Below are positions 9,381-17,434 of a stretch of DNA of 64,000 bases, one piece after another. Made by a program: the position numbers and the translations under genes. The stretch comes from Clostridia bacterium. GTDB taxonomy: Bacteria > Bacillota > Clostridia > Oscillospirales > CAG-272. Position 1 is the first letter of the stretch, and the number at the start of each line of letters is the position of its first letter. Where the stretch lies: assembly GCA_017467815.1 (NCBI GenBank), contig JAFUKI010000122.1, positions 2,240 through 66,239 on the forward strand. Direction: 5' to 3'. The notes under the pieces were generated by a model that saw only the letters and a program-made list of their open reading frames with translations, was not told the DNA's origin and ran no database searches.

Positions 9381-9506
9381 CTCTCCCGAAACTTTTTTCT
9401 GAAAATGCGCAAAAAAGCATTGATTTTACGCACATTTTTATGAGATAACCGACAAAATCTGAAAACAGGCATCTGCCACAGGCGCGTTGGGGTGGTAGAG
9501 GCCGCT

Positions 9507-9568
9507 GGTTCAAGTCCAGTCACTCAGATCTAAAAGATCAGATATCCTTTAGGATGTCTGATCTTTTT
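9507..9568 (+). repeat. Copy 1 of a direct repeat: tRNA 3'-end-like fragment plus terminator hairpin
   Basis: GGTTCAAGTCCAGTCACTCAGA resembles a T-loop, T-stem and acceptor 3' strand. It is followed by the hairpin GATCAGATATCC-TTT-AGGATGTCTGATC and TTTTT. No matching 5' tRNA half is found upstream. Confidence 0.75.
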
Positions 9569-9667
9569 GTTTTGTGCGACTGATCGAGAAGCAGTATGCA
9601 AGTTTCGATACAAATAAACGGTTTGTTCTCACCTTGGGAAACTTGCCGCCGAGCTCGTCTCGGCAAT

Positions 9668-9732
9668 GGTTCCAAGTCCAGTCACTCAGATCTAAAAGAT
9701 CAGATATCCTTTAAGATGTCTGATCTTTTTTT
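9668..9732 (+). repeat. Copy 2 of the same repeat (slightly degenerate)
   Basis: Same roughly 62-nt sequence as 9507..9568, with one extra C in the T-loop-like part and one G-to-A change in the hairpin. It lies about 135 nt upstream of the IS200-type tnpA remnant. Confidence 0.75.
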
Positions 9733-9868
9733 GTTTGGTGACAGCCAAATAAACCACCGACTGTGTCGATGGAACCCAAATAGCTTTAGCTTCAAGTTGA
9801 AAAAAGTCCCCCTGCAGTAAAATGGAGGTGGTTTGGCGACCGCACCCCAAAAACAGGAGGACTGAAAG

Positions 9869-10132
9869 ATGAAAACATCCAACACAAATAGTTTAACACA
9901 TTCGACATGGGAATGCAAGTATCATATAGTATTTGCCCCGAAATATCGCAGACAGATCATATACAAAGAACCGCGTGCAGATATAGGAAAAATACTGAGA
10001 GAACTGTGCGAAAAAAAAGGTGTGGAGATCATAGAAGCAGAATGCTGTCCCGATCACATACACATGCTTTTGAGAATACCACCCAACAGATGCAGAATCA
10101 CCCCCGGAATCCGGGAATTTTGGGGAAAATAG
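9869..10132 (+). pseudogene. tnpA: Truncated IS200/IS605-family Y1 (HUH) transposase TnpA
   Basis: The first ~72 aa (WECKYHIVFAPKYRRQIIY ... PDHIHMLLRIPP, including the HUH motif HIH) match IS200 TnpA. Similarity stops near 10085. The ORF ends after 87 aa, whereas full-length TnpA is about 130-150 aa and carries the catalytic Tyr region that is missing here. Confidence 0.75.
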
Positions 10133-10273
10133 CCGTTTTGACTGCAAAAATGGATGATTTTAGGGGTGAAGTCCATCATCACGGACAATTCGTTCATCCA
10201 CAAGGCTTGTTATAGTAGAGCATAAAATTGTTACGTTTTCCACTCTCGGAATATGGGAATTGGTATGGACAGC

Positions 10274-10300
10274 AAAAGGACGATGCACATGGCACCGTCC
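10274..10300 (-). terminator. Terminator of the XRE-TM gene
   Basis: Minus-strand hairpin GGACG-N13-CGTCC followed by TTTTG. Confidence 0.55.
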
Positions 10301-10311
10301 TATATTTATGT

Positions 10312-10854
10312 TCATATCGACTTACTCAAATAATACCTCATTAAGGCTCCAATCATATTGCCTACAAGCCCGATGCCAATAATCGCGGCACATACACTGA
10401 TTACCGTAGGGTTCATATCCGTGAAAACAGCAATAGTTAGCGGAATGGCTGTAATAACACAGAGCGAAACAAATAGAATCTGTACCAGCCACACCTTGTT
10501 TGATTTATTCTGAAGTTCTTCGGTACGCTTTTCATTTTCAGCTTGAATTTGCGCAGCTTCCTGTTTTCTTGCTTCTTCAAGCCGATATAGATACCGGATC
10601 TGTGCGCTCAGTTCTTGGGTTTGATCATCCGCTTTTACGTTGCTTTCTTTTGGGATATCCAGCAGCATATCTACGGTGGTACCGAAAATCTCTGCCAGCT
10701 TGAACAGATTCTCCGTGCTCGGTGCAGACTGTCCGGATTCCCACTTCGTCACTGACTGACGGCTGACTCCAACAAGCTCCGCTACACGTTCCTGTGAGAG
10801 TCCGGATTTTTTACGCTGTTCTTTGATACGTTCTCCAAGCGTCACACGCATCAC
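10312..10854 (-). CDS. XRE-family HTH regulator with a coiled-coil and C-terminal transmembrane segments
   Basis: LSQERVAELVGVSRQSVTKWESGQSAPS is a classic Cro/C1 HTH, and the C-terminus has two hydrophobic helices. The track start is a GTG directly abutting GGAGG. The GTG 3 codons downstream (MTLGERIK) has better spacing, so the start is uncertain by 3-9 nt. Confidence 0.8.
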   Translation of the reverse strand: MMRVTLGERIKEQRKKSGLSQERVAELVGVSRQSVTKWESGQSAPSTENLFKLAEIFGTTVDMLLDIPKESNVKADDQTQELSAQIRYLYRLEEARKQEAAQIQAENEKRTEELQNKSNKVWLVQILFVSLCVITAIPLTIAVFTDMNPTVISVCAAIIGIGLVGNMIGALMRYYLSKSI

Positions 10855-10927
10855 CTCCGCTTTTATGATATAAGATAGATGCAGTTTTGTCTACCAACTT
10901 TATGACAACTATCGGTTGCATAGAGCG

Positions 10928-12265
10928 TTACTGCACAAGAGAATTGATCTTTTCACCGATCATCCCCATCTGCTTCGCTGTCAATTCCCATCCTGCGTCG
11001 ATCTGCAGGAAATACCGATCATAGCAGACGAAATAAGTGTTCTCCGGCTCACCGTTGTTTGTCAGACGATAGGCTTTCGTTGCACCCCATACAGATGCAT
11101 CAGATTCCTCATACCTTATCCCGGCTTCATGGCTGTATTTTGTGATGCGGTGCTCATACAGCTTTTCAAAGGTGAAGTCATACATAAACGGCATTTTGAC
11201 TTCTGTGATAGAGTATCCGAGCCGCAGTCCTTCGCCGTTATCCATGGGGTGTTGAGAAGAATCAAGCTGCCCCAGCAGGATGGAGTCATTGTCATCCTTG
11301 CTTTTCAGATATCCGCTGTCGTCGATTCCGGTCAAATCTCCGATAGTAAACGGCAGCTCCGCAAATTGATCGAGAAACATATCCGTTTTGATTGCATAGA
11401 TCGTGAATACATTCGTTGTTCCCATCAGCACGAAGGCAGCGGCAAAGCTGATGACTGCAACAATCGTTTTATTGGTACCAGCTTTTACCTTCCTGCGTTT
11501 GAGAAATTCCTTGACTGCCTGCACGATGAAGATCACGGCGATCATGTTTACTACAAAGGCAATCATGTACACCTGAAATCCTGTATTGCCGATGGACATC
11601 AAGTACAGCGCAAAGGACAGTATCATAAACACAAGAATCGCCCAGTTCAGCCAGCCGTGCCCCCTGGTTTCCAGAAACTCTCCCTGTTCAGCCATTCCTT
11701 TCGCCCGACGTCGCCAGAGATAATATCCCAGCAACTCGGACAGCGAATAGATAAATGCCACCACAAACCACACACCGGTGAACAGATTGATCGCGCTTGC
11801 CAGATAGTACACCGGATCACGGATGATCGAACCGATGAACGTCACCCCCATCAAAAGGGAAATCAAAAGTAAAAGCGGATAAGTTTTCAGCGCAGTTTTC
11901 TTTGCGTATCGGTGCAGGTTTTCAAGCTCCAGCACCGGATCGGTTTCGATCGGCACGGGATCCTCGTTCTCGTTATAGAACACCTGCATCTGCACCGAGG
12001 ATGCCGCCAGCTTCCAGCCGGAATGCACACAGAACTCGTTGAACTCCTGCTGCTCCTCTGTGGGTTCTGGTTCAAAATCCGAAATAGAAGCATAGTAGGA
12101 GATCGAGAAACGGATCTTCTTCGGTTCGATTTTGCGGTATGTCCAGAACAGGGCGGACATTTTATCAAGCAGCCAGCCGTCGGCAGCCATTTTTTCCAGA
12201 TGCCGCTCCATGCCGGCCTTGTCCCAGAAGCTGAACACTTCCATTCTGCGCTTTACATCTTTCAT
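10928..12265 (-). CDS. DUF2812-like multi-pass membrane protein (usual partner of PadR)
   Basis: The N-terminus FSFWDKAGMERHLEKMAADGWLL resembles DUF2812, and the centre is multi-TM. AGGAGG RBS; ATGA overlap with the padR stop. Confidence 0.75.
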   Translation of the reverse strand: MKDVKRRMEVFSFWDKAGMERHLEKMAADGWLLDKMSALFWTYRKIEPKKIRFSISYYASISDFEPEPTEEQQEFNEFCVHSGWKLAASSVQMQVFYNENEDPVPIETDPVLELENLHRYAKKTALKTYPLLLLISLLMGVTFIGSIIRDPVYYLASAINLFTGVWFVVAFIYSLSELLGYYLWRRRAKGMAEQGEFLETRGHGWLNWAILVFMILSFALYLMSIGNTGFQVYMIAFVVNMIAVIFIVQAVKEFLKRRKVKAGTNKTIVAVISFAAAFVLMGTTNVFTIYAIKTDMFLDQFAELPFTIGDLTGIDDSGYLKSKDDNDSILLGQLDSSQHPMDNGEGLRLGYSITEVKMPFMYDFTFEKLYEHRITKYSHEAGIRYEESDASVWGATKAYRLTNNGEPENTYFVCYDRYFLQIDAGWELTAKQMGMIGEKINSLVQ

Positions 12266-12600
12266 TCTGCATCCTCCTTTACAAGATAGCGGTGATAGTC
12301 GTTTACAAGACTGGATAACCGCTTACATTCGTTATCCAGCAGCTCCCGACCTTTCTTTGTCAGGATATACGACCGCCGCCGTCCCTCGGCTTTGGTTTCC
12401 TCAATGATCTCTGCATCCAAAAACTGTTCAAGCAGATTATACAGCGTTCCCGAGCCAACCTTTACTCTGCCGCCAGTCATAGCGGGGACTTTATCCATGA
12501 TGTCCATACCGTAGCATTCCCGGCTTAGGCACAACAAGATATAGTACATCTGCTCGGTCAGTGTCTGAAATTTTGCTCTTGGCAACTCTGTCACCTCCAT
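12262..12600 (-). CDS. PadR family transcriptional regulator
   Basis: Winged-helix signature YYILLCLSRECYGMDIMDKV ... GTLYNLLEQF at about 110 aa. An alternative TTG start at 12585 sits behind a GGAGGTG, so the start is uncertain. Confidence 0.88.
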   Translation of the reverse strand: MEVTELPRAKFQTLTEQMYYILLCLSRECYGMDIMDKVPAMTGGRVKVGSGTLYNLLEQFLDAEIIEETKAEGRRRSYILTKKGRELLDNECKRLSSLVNDYHRYLVKEDAE

Positions 12601-12649
12601 TGTCGATTATCGACATTCTGTAATTCTATTATATTATCGAATATCGACA
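12601..12649. promoter_or_regulatory. Candidate PadR operator palindromes
   Basis: TGTCGATTATCGACA (12601..12615) is a perfect palindrome about its central base. A related TATCGAATATCGACA lies at 12635..12649. Both are directly upstream of padR. Confidence 0.5.
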
Positions 12650-12738
12650 ATGTCAATGGGTATGCTGTATGCTTTACAAAAGATTCACAAAAAAGAAAGG
12701 TACCGCATGATACGATACCTTCAAATATTGTTATACAG

Positions 12739-13041
12739 TCAAAATATCCCGTGGTTATACTTGAACTGTCCGTACAGAATGAATCCAAGTCCGATTACTG
12801 TCGCTGGAAGAACGATGACTACCATGAGCAGTTCACTCAGGAATGAGACTGCAAATCCCACCACAAAGGATGCCCCCATGATCAGCGTTCCCGTACCGAC
12901 AGCCTTGCCGTATTTCGGAATATCTTCTTCGGATACCTTTCTGCGGTTATAGGAATGGATCGTACTGATGTTGCCCATGATATTCACGATTCCAAGTGCA
13001 GATATAAACAGACCCAAAATTAACATTGCAATATTATCCAT
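12739..13041 (-). CDS. Small 3-TM membrane protein (DUF3784-like)
   Basis: 100 aa and hydrophobic, with an ISTIHSYNRRKVSEEDI loop. It is the last gene of an XRE-linked trio. Confidence 0.6.
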   Translation of the reverse strand: MDNIAMLILGLFISALGIVNIMGNISTIHSYNRRKVSEEDIPKYGKAVGTGTLIMGASFVVGFAVSFLSELLMVVIVLPATVIGLGFILYGQFKYNHGIF

Positions 13042-13050
13042 CTTGTTCTC

Positions 13051-13257
13051 CTAAAAGTAAAACAGTTCTTCAAATTTCTTGTCCAGCGCAATGCAGAGGA
13101 TCAGTGCCAGTTTTGCGGTGGGGTTGAATTGTCCCGTTTCGATGGAGCTGATCGTGTTCCGGGACACACCTACCATCTCCGAAAGCTGCTGCTGGGACAG
13201 ACCTTTTTCGCTGCGTGCCTCTTTCAGATGATTCTTCAGCTTCAGTTCTTCGTTCAT
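13051..13257 (-). CDS. Small XRE-family HTH regulator
   Basis: The 68-aa sequence LSQQQLSEMVGVSRNTISSIETGQFNPT matches the Cro/C1 HTH. It overlaps the upstream membrane gene by 4 nt. Confidence 0.88.
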   Translation of the reverse strand: MNEELKLKNHLKEARSEKGLSQQQLSEMVGVSRNTISSIETGQFNPTAKLALILCIALDKKFEELFYF

Positions 13258-13589
13258 CCCATCGCCTCCATCAGCCGCAGAATGAAAAAGACAAGAGCAA
13301 GCACACCCATGACATAAAACAGCAGAGCCAGAAACAGATCGGATTTTCTTCTGATCTTACTGTATTTCACCAGGTATGTTGTACCGAGTATGCTGAAGTA
13401 AATGATCCACGGACTGCATAACATCGTTTTTGTAAATCTGAGAAAAATGACAGAAAGCAATACACAAACACAAGCGCCTACACGTCCAGCGATGCTGCTT
13501 GCCTGGACCATCACATCAAGCTCTGCGAGATCCCGGTTTTTGTTTTCTTTCCGGCTCATTTCAAGAATGTCTTCTTTTTTCATATTCAC
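13254..13589 (-). CDS. Small membrane protein, first gene of the XRE trio (DUF6442-like)
   Basis: 111 aa with a charged N-terminus followed by three hydrophobic helices. The family name is recalled from memory only. Confidence 0.55.
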   Translation of the reverse strand: MNMKKEDILEMSRKENKNRDLAELDVMVQASSIAGRVGACVCVLLSVIFLRFTKTMLCSPWIIYFSILGTTYLVKYSKIRRKSDLFLALLFYVMGVLALVFFILRLMEAMG

Positions 13590-13593
13590 CTCA

Positions 13594-13668
13594 CGCCAAG
13601 TTTTCTTGTCATTATTATATCACCGCCAAGTAAACTTGTCAAGATGCACGTGCAAAGTTTACTTGGCG
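13594..13668. promoter_or_regulatory. Operator-like inverted and direct repeats upstream of the XRE trio
   Basis: Perfect 14-bp inverted repeat CGCCAAGTAAACTT (13624..13637) / AAGTTTACTTGGCG (13655..13668), with the palindrome TGCACGTGCA between the arms. A third box, CGCCAAGTTTTCTTGTCA, lies at 13594..13611. Confidence 0.55.
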
Positions 13669-13725
13669 TTCATATCAATAGAGAAAGGCACCGCATTTCG
13701 GCGATGCCTTCCTAACAATTCTCTC

Positions 13726-14712
13726 TTATTCACCAGTCTGTGCTGCCGGTACTTCCTCGGAACGGACATACACGGAACCACCTCTGCCACCGCCGGAATA
13801 GTGTTCAGCGGCAACCATTTCAGCATTCTTCGGAATTATGATTTCTGTTATCGTACTTTCAATTATGCAGTCCATTTTTTTGTCATCACAGGTGATCTGC
13901 AGTTTTTTCGCTGTATCGTTTCCAGTGCAGGCAACAAGAATCAGATAATCTTCGTTATTTCTGCCTTCCACATCGTATTCAATCTCCAGAATGTTCCGGA
14001 AGAAGCCTTCGTTGTTGTCAAAGTCAATCTCACGGGTGTCACGAAGTCCGGGCATATGAATGAGATAATAGACAGAATCCTCGCTCTCATTGCCGTACTG
14101 CAGAACATACACATTATCATCGGTACAATTTGCATACCATGCAGCAATCTCATCGTTTTTAATCTGTGCGATATATTCCTCCGGATTTACGGCATAGATG
14201 GAAGTGCCGCCTGTCGGACCATTTGAGCCTGCCATCTGAAAAGTAAACAATCCGACAAACGCAATAATCAGAATGACCGGGATCAGAATCACAAGCAGCA
14301 GGATCACACCAAGGGATTTGTCCTTTTTCCGCGTGGGAACAACGACATCCTGACCGATTTCCTCAAGGGATGCCGCACATTTGGGGCACACCTTCCAATC
14401 CGGCTCCACAGGTGCGGAACAGTTCGGACAGAATGGACGGAGCTTGGCACCGCACTTCGGGCAGAGAACGTATTCTTCCTTGATGGCGGTCTGACAGCGG
14501 GGACATTCCAGATCGGAATAGCTGCTTCTGACAAGGAGATAAATGATAAATCCGATCAAAGACGGCGCAATCAGTGCAATCAGTGTCCATACAAGTGCAT
14601 TCATTCCACGGCGGTTCGCATCACGGTAGACGTATACGCCGATCAGAATCGGGACAATCAGAAAAACAGATAAAAGTATCAGCAAATTAAAGATGCTCCA
14701 AATAATGTTCAT
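13726..14712 (-). CDS. Membrane protein with double zinc-ribbon and C-terminal extracytoplasmic domain
   Basis: CPRCQ...CPKCG...CPNC...CPKC form four CxxC pairs between TM helices. The start is set at the ATG at 14712 (AAGGAGG RBS), which makes an ATGA overlap with the upstream gene. Confidence 0.7.
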   Translation of the reverse strand: MNIIWSIFNLLILLSVFLIVPILIGVYVYRDANRRGMNALVWTLIALIAPSLIGFIIYLLVRSSYSDLECPRCQTAIKEEYVLCPKCGAKLRPFCPNCSAPVEPDWKVCPKCAASLEEIGQDVVVPTRKKDKSLGVILLLVILIPVILIIAFVGLFTFQMAGSNGPTGGTSIYAVNPEEYIAQIKNDEIAAWYANCTDDNVYVLQYGNESEDSVYYLIHMPGLRDTREIDFDNNEGFFRNILEIEYDVEGRNNEDYLILVACTGNDTAKKLQITCDDKKMDCIIESTITEIIIPKNAEMVAAEHYSGGGRGGSVYVRSEEVPAAQTGE

Positions 14713-14984
14713 GCAAAAATCCTCCTTTTCTTCGTAAAAGCAATCATTAAAATACTGCCCGAAAGCGTTGCTGTCAGCACATACAGTATGCAGACAAAAG
14801 TAATCACAGGCTGAATTTGCCACATCAGAATTCCGAACAGCAGGACAACCATCTGCGAGAGAATGGCGGCAACTGTCAAAAGAATGGTCTGCCGTTGAAG
14901 TTTTCGACACTCGGCTTCCTTACGGAGATACCGTTCGTTCAGACACGGGGGATTATTTTTTTCAAAATTGTAGATCTGTTTCAC
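14709..14984 (-). CDS. Putative anti-sigma factor (small 2-TM protein)
   Basis: Positioned between the ECF sigma and the Zn-ribbon gene. GTG start behind GGAGGTG; two hydrophobic helices. The assignment rests on position only. Confidence 0.5.
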   Translation of the reverse strand: MKQIYNFEKNNPPCLNERYLRKEAECRKLQRQTILLTVAAILSQMVVLLFGILMWQIQPVITFVCILYVLTATLSGSILMIAFTKKRRIFA

Positions 14985-15459
14985 TTGTCAGCACCTCCTT
15001 CAGAAGTTTTCTGGCTCTGTTGAGTCTGGATTTTACCGTTCCTTCCGGAACCTTCAGCACAGCCGCTGTTTCAGTGATGTCCATATCCCGGAAATAGAAC
15101 AGGATCACCGTCATTCTCAGCTTTTCAGGTAGTCGGTTGATAGCGGCATGAAGCTCGGAGTAGTCCGGCGGTTCTTCTGCTGCTATGTTCTCCATGGCAA
15201 TCTCTTTATCTTCCGCCGCTGTAAAGTTATCCCACACAGGATTTTTCAGCATCCGTTTCCACGAATTGCGGTAGATGTTGACACAGATCGTTGTCAGCCA
15301 GCCTTCAAACTCCCGTTCCGAATCGTACCTGTCGATATACCGAAGTACCTTCAGCCATGTTTCCTGATAGAGATCGTCTGCGTCATGAACATTGGCGCAG
15401 AGCGTCCGGCATAGTCCGTACAGCCGCTTGCCGTATTTGTTGATGTATTGATCGATCAA
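14962..15459 (-). CDS. ECF-type sigma-70 family sigma factor
   Basis: Region 2 (DDLYQETWLKVLRY) and region 4.2 (TETAAVLKVPEGTVKSRLNRARKLL) are present. TTG start 8 nt after GGAGG. Confidence 0.88.
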   Translation of the reverse strand: MIDQYINKYGKRLYGLCRTLCANVHDADDLYQETWLKVLRYIDRYDSEREFEGWLTTICVNIYRNSWKRMLKNPVWDNFTAAEDKEIAMENIAAEEPPDYSELHAAINRLPEKLRMTVILFYFRDMDITETAAVLKVPEGTVKSRLNRARKLLKEVLTSETDLQF

Positions 15460-15621
15460 GTTCTGCGCCTCCTTTCACTACCATATACAATCGGGAACAT
15501 GAAAAGGTTCACTGGTTTTGAAATTTTTTCTGAAATTATTATGATATTGCATTGTGACAAATCTCTGAACGCAAAAAAGGCATTACCAATGGCAGCAAAG
15601 GTAATGCTTTTTCCCAGACAC

Positions 15622-16005
15622 TCACCAAAACAGATCGTAGATATCTTCCGGATTGATCTCTTGAATATCAATGTCCTCACTGGAAAGCGGATTATCAATC
15701 TGAATAATGATGATACTATCCTTCTCGTTCTTGTAAGATTTCAAGATGTCTTTCATTTCATCAATCGTCGTGCTGTTATCTGCCAAAGCGGTCAATTCCT
15801 CAATCGTCTTACCTCGATTTGTTCCGCTCATCGCACCGCACCGATAATCGCCGTCCTCGTCCTGCCACACATAGACTTCTACGCCTTTGAAGGTATCAAG
15901 GTTATAATATTCAGGATACTTTATTCTCAGATGACCGGATGCGGCGAAAAACACCGACACCAATACAAGTATCACGATTATGAAAACTATAAGAATCTTC
16001 TTCAA
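15622..16005 (-). CDS. Signal-anchored hypothetical protein
   Basis: A TTG start at 16005 lies behind GGAAGGAG and gives MKKILIVFIIVILVLVSVFF. The longer track ORF (to 16137) has no RBS. Confidence 0.5.
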   Translation of the reverse strand: MKKILIVFIIVILVLVSVFFAASGHLRIKYPEYYNLDTFKGVEVYVWQDEDGDYRCGAMSGTNRGKTIEELTALADNSTTIDEMKDILKSYKNEKDSIIIIQIDNPLSSEDIDIQEINPEDIYDLFW

Positions 16006-16348
16006 TTTGATGCTCCTTCCGTTTCTGTTTGCGTAATTTTTGAGAGCATCCGATATGAAATGCTCTGTCCCTTCTTTCGCGCAAAGGACAGCGACATCAG
16101 AAGCCTGAATGCAAACAGCCCGATAAGGAAGATCCATCCCATACCGCCATCATCGGTGTCATAAGAAACAGAACGCCGTAAGTCACTGCCATCGCCGCAC
16201 CAAGATTATCCGCTTCTCCCGACAGCTTAAACAGCAGAGAAACCGCTCCAAAGAACGCTATGTAGATGAGCAAGGTAAGCGCACAATAAAGAATTTGAAA
16301 AATGATGAGTTTCTTTTTCCTATTGCTTTCTCACATCAGAACATACGG

Positions 16349-17272
16349 TTATCCGAACATTCTTCGCATATACTCGATCCGTGCCGCAACTGCCGCTTGG
16401 GTTGTAGGAGCATTCTGCACAATATCAAACCCGTGCATCGTGCCTTTGGTTTCGTTCAGTTCAACAGTGATTCCGGCATCCCGCAGCTTTTTTGCATACA
16501 AAATCCCATCGTCGTGCAGGCAGTCAAATTCCGCTGTCTCAATATAGGCAGGCGGCAGACTTTCAAAGGATTCCGCCTCCACAGGGGAGTAATACACATA
16601 GCTCGGATCATTCAGGTCAGCCTTCGTCATGGGGCCGATCCGATCGGACAGGGACGAGTTCCACATGGGTGTGTCCGTATATTTTTTGCAGGATTCGCTG
16701 TTTCCCCGGGCGTCCAGATAGGGATACGGCAGCATCTGAAACCGGAATTTTATCGGATGCTTTCGATCTCTTGCCATCATACACACACCCACCGACAGGG
16801 TCGAGCCTGCACTGTCGCCGCCAATGCCGATGCGGGTGATATCAATCTTCAGTTTCTCCGCATTGTCATATACCCAGCACATAGCAGCATAACAGTCCCA
16901 AAAGAACACGGGATGGCGGTACTGCGGTGCAAGCCTGTAATTGACAAACACGACCCTGCATCCGACTTCCTTGGCATAGCGCATGGCATTTTTGTAATGA
17001 TATCCGGCCGCCGGGAGCACAAATCCGCCGCCATGGATATAGATCAGGCAGGATGCTTTCTCCGCAATACTCACGGGAGACATGAGAAAGCACTCGATTT
17101 CCGCACCGTCGTAACTTTCGATTTCGTGTCGGGTAACGGTCACTTCTTTATCTTTGAAAATGGATCCCGGTATTTTCATGTGCGGCACAGCCATCGCAAG
17201 AAACTTCTCACTGATGGGCGGCGTAAAATGAGAAAACGGGAAAAATTCTCTGCTGATTGCGTATTTTGACAT
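16349..17272 (-). CDS. Alpha/beta hydrolase (HSL/Aes-type esterase)
   Basis: Oxyanion motif HGGGF and nucleophile elbow GDSAGS. Confidence 0.88.
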   Translation of the reverse strand: MSKYAISREFFPFSHFTPPISEKFLAMAVPHMKIPGSIFKDKEVTVTRHEIESYDGAEIECFLMSPVSIAEKASCLIYIHGGGFVLPAAGYHYKNAMRYAKEVGCRVVFVNYRLAPQYRHPVFFWDCYAAMCWVYDNAEKLKIDITRIGIGGDSAGSTLSVGVCMMARDRKHPIKFRFQMLPYPYLDARGNSESCKKYTDTPMWNSSLSDRIGPMTKADLNDPSYVYYSPVEAESFESLPPAYIETAEFDCLHDDGILYAKKLRDAGITVELNETKGTMHGFDIVQNAPTTQAAVAARIEYMRRMFG

Positions 17273-17434
17273 AAAAGCACCTCATAATTCTATCACAGGA
17301 TCATAGTCAGACTCAGAATGAACGCGGACACGGCATTGGTGACATAAAAGCAGATTTGGCAGAAGTACACAAGCGGGATCCAAGCGGTCACCTGCGTCCG
17401 ATATACTGGTATACTTTTCAGTTGTCTTCAAAAC

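Noticed and set aside
9441-9530. Possible intact tRNA or tmRNA ending at the GGTTCAAGTCC...CACTCAGA segment
   Set aside because: No 5' acceptor strand (CTGAGTG) is present, and no D or anticodon arms could be folded. The tmRNA hallmarks (GGGG 5' end, CCACCA-compatible acceptor, tag ORF ending in hydrophobic residues) are absent. It is kept only as a tRNA-3'-like fragment.
10916-11872. 318-aa plus-strand ORF opposite the DUF2812 gene
   Set aside because: Shadow ORF. The minus-strand frame has an RBS, translational coupling to padR and coherent TM helices.
16006-16348. Hydrophobic open frame (ILYCALTLLIYIAFFGAVSLLF...) upstream of the 15622 gene, possibly a frameshifted membrane gene
   Set aside because: No usable start codon or RBS was found, and it is shorter than 80 codons from stop to stop. 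The evidence is insufficient for either a CDS or a pseudogene call.
16295-17269. 324-aa plus-strand ORF opposite the esterase gene
   Set aside because: The minus frame carries the HGGG and GDSAG catalytic motifs. The plus frame has no motifs or RBS.
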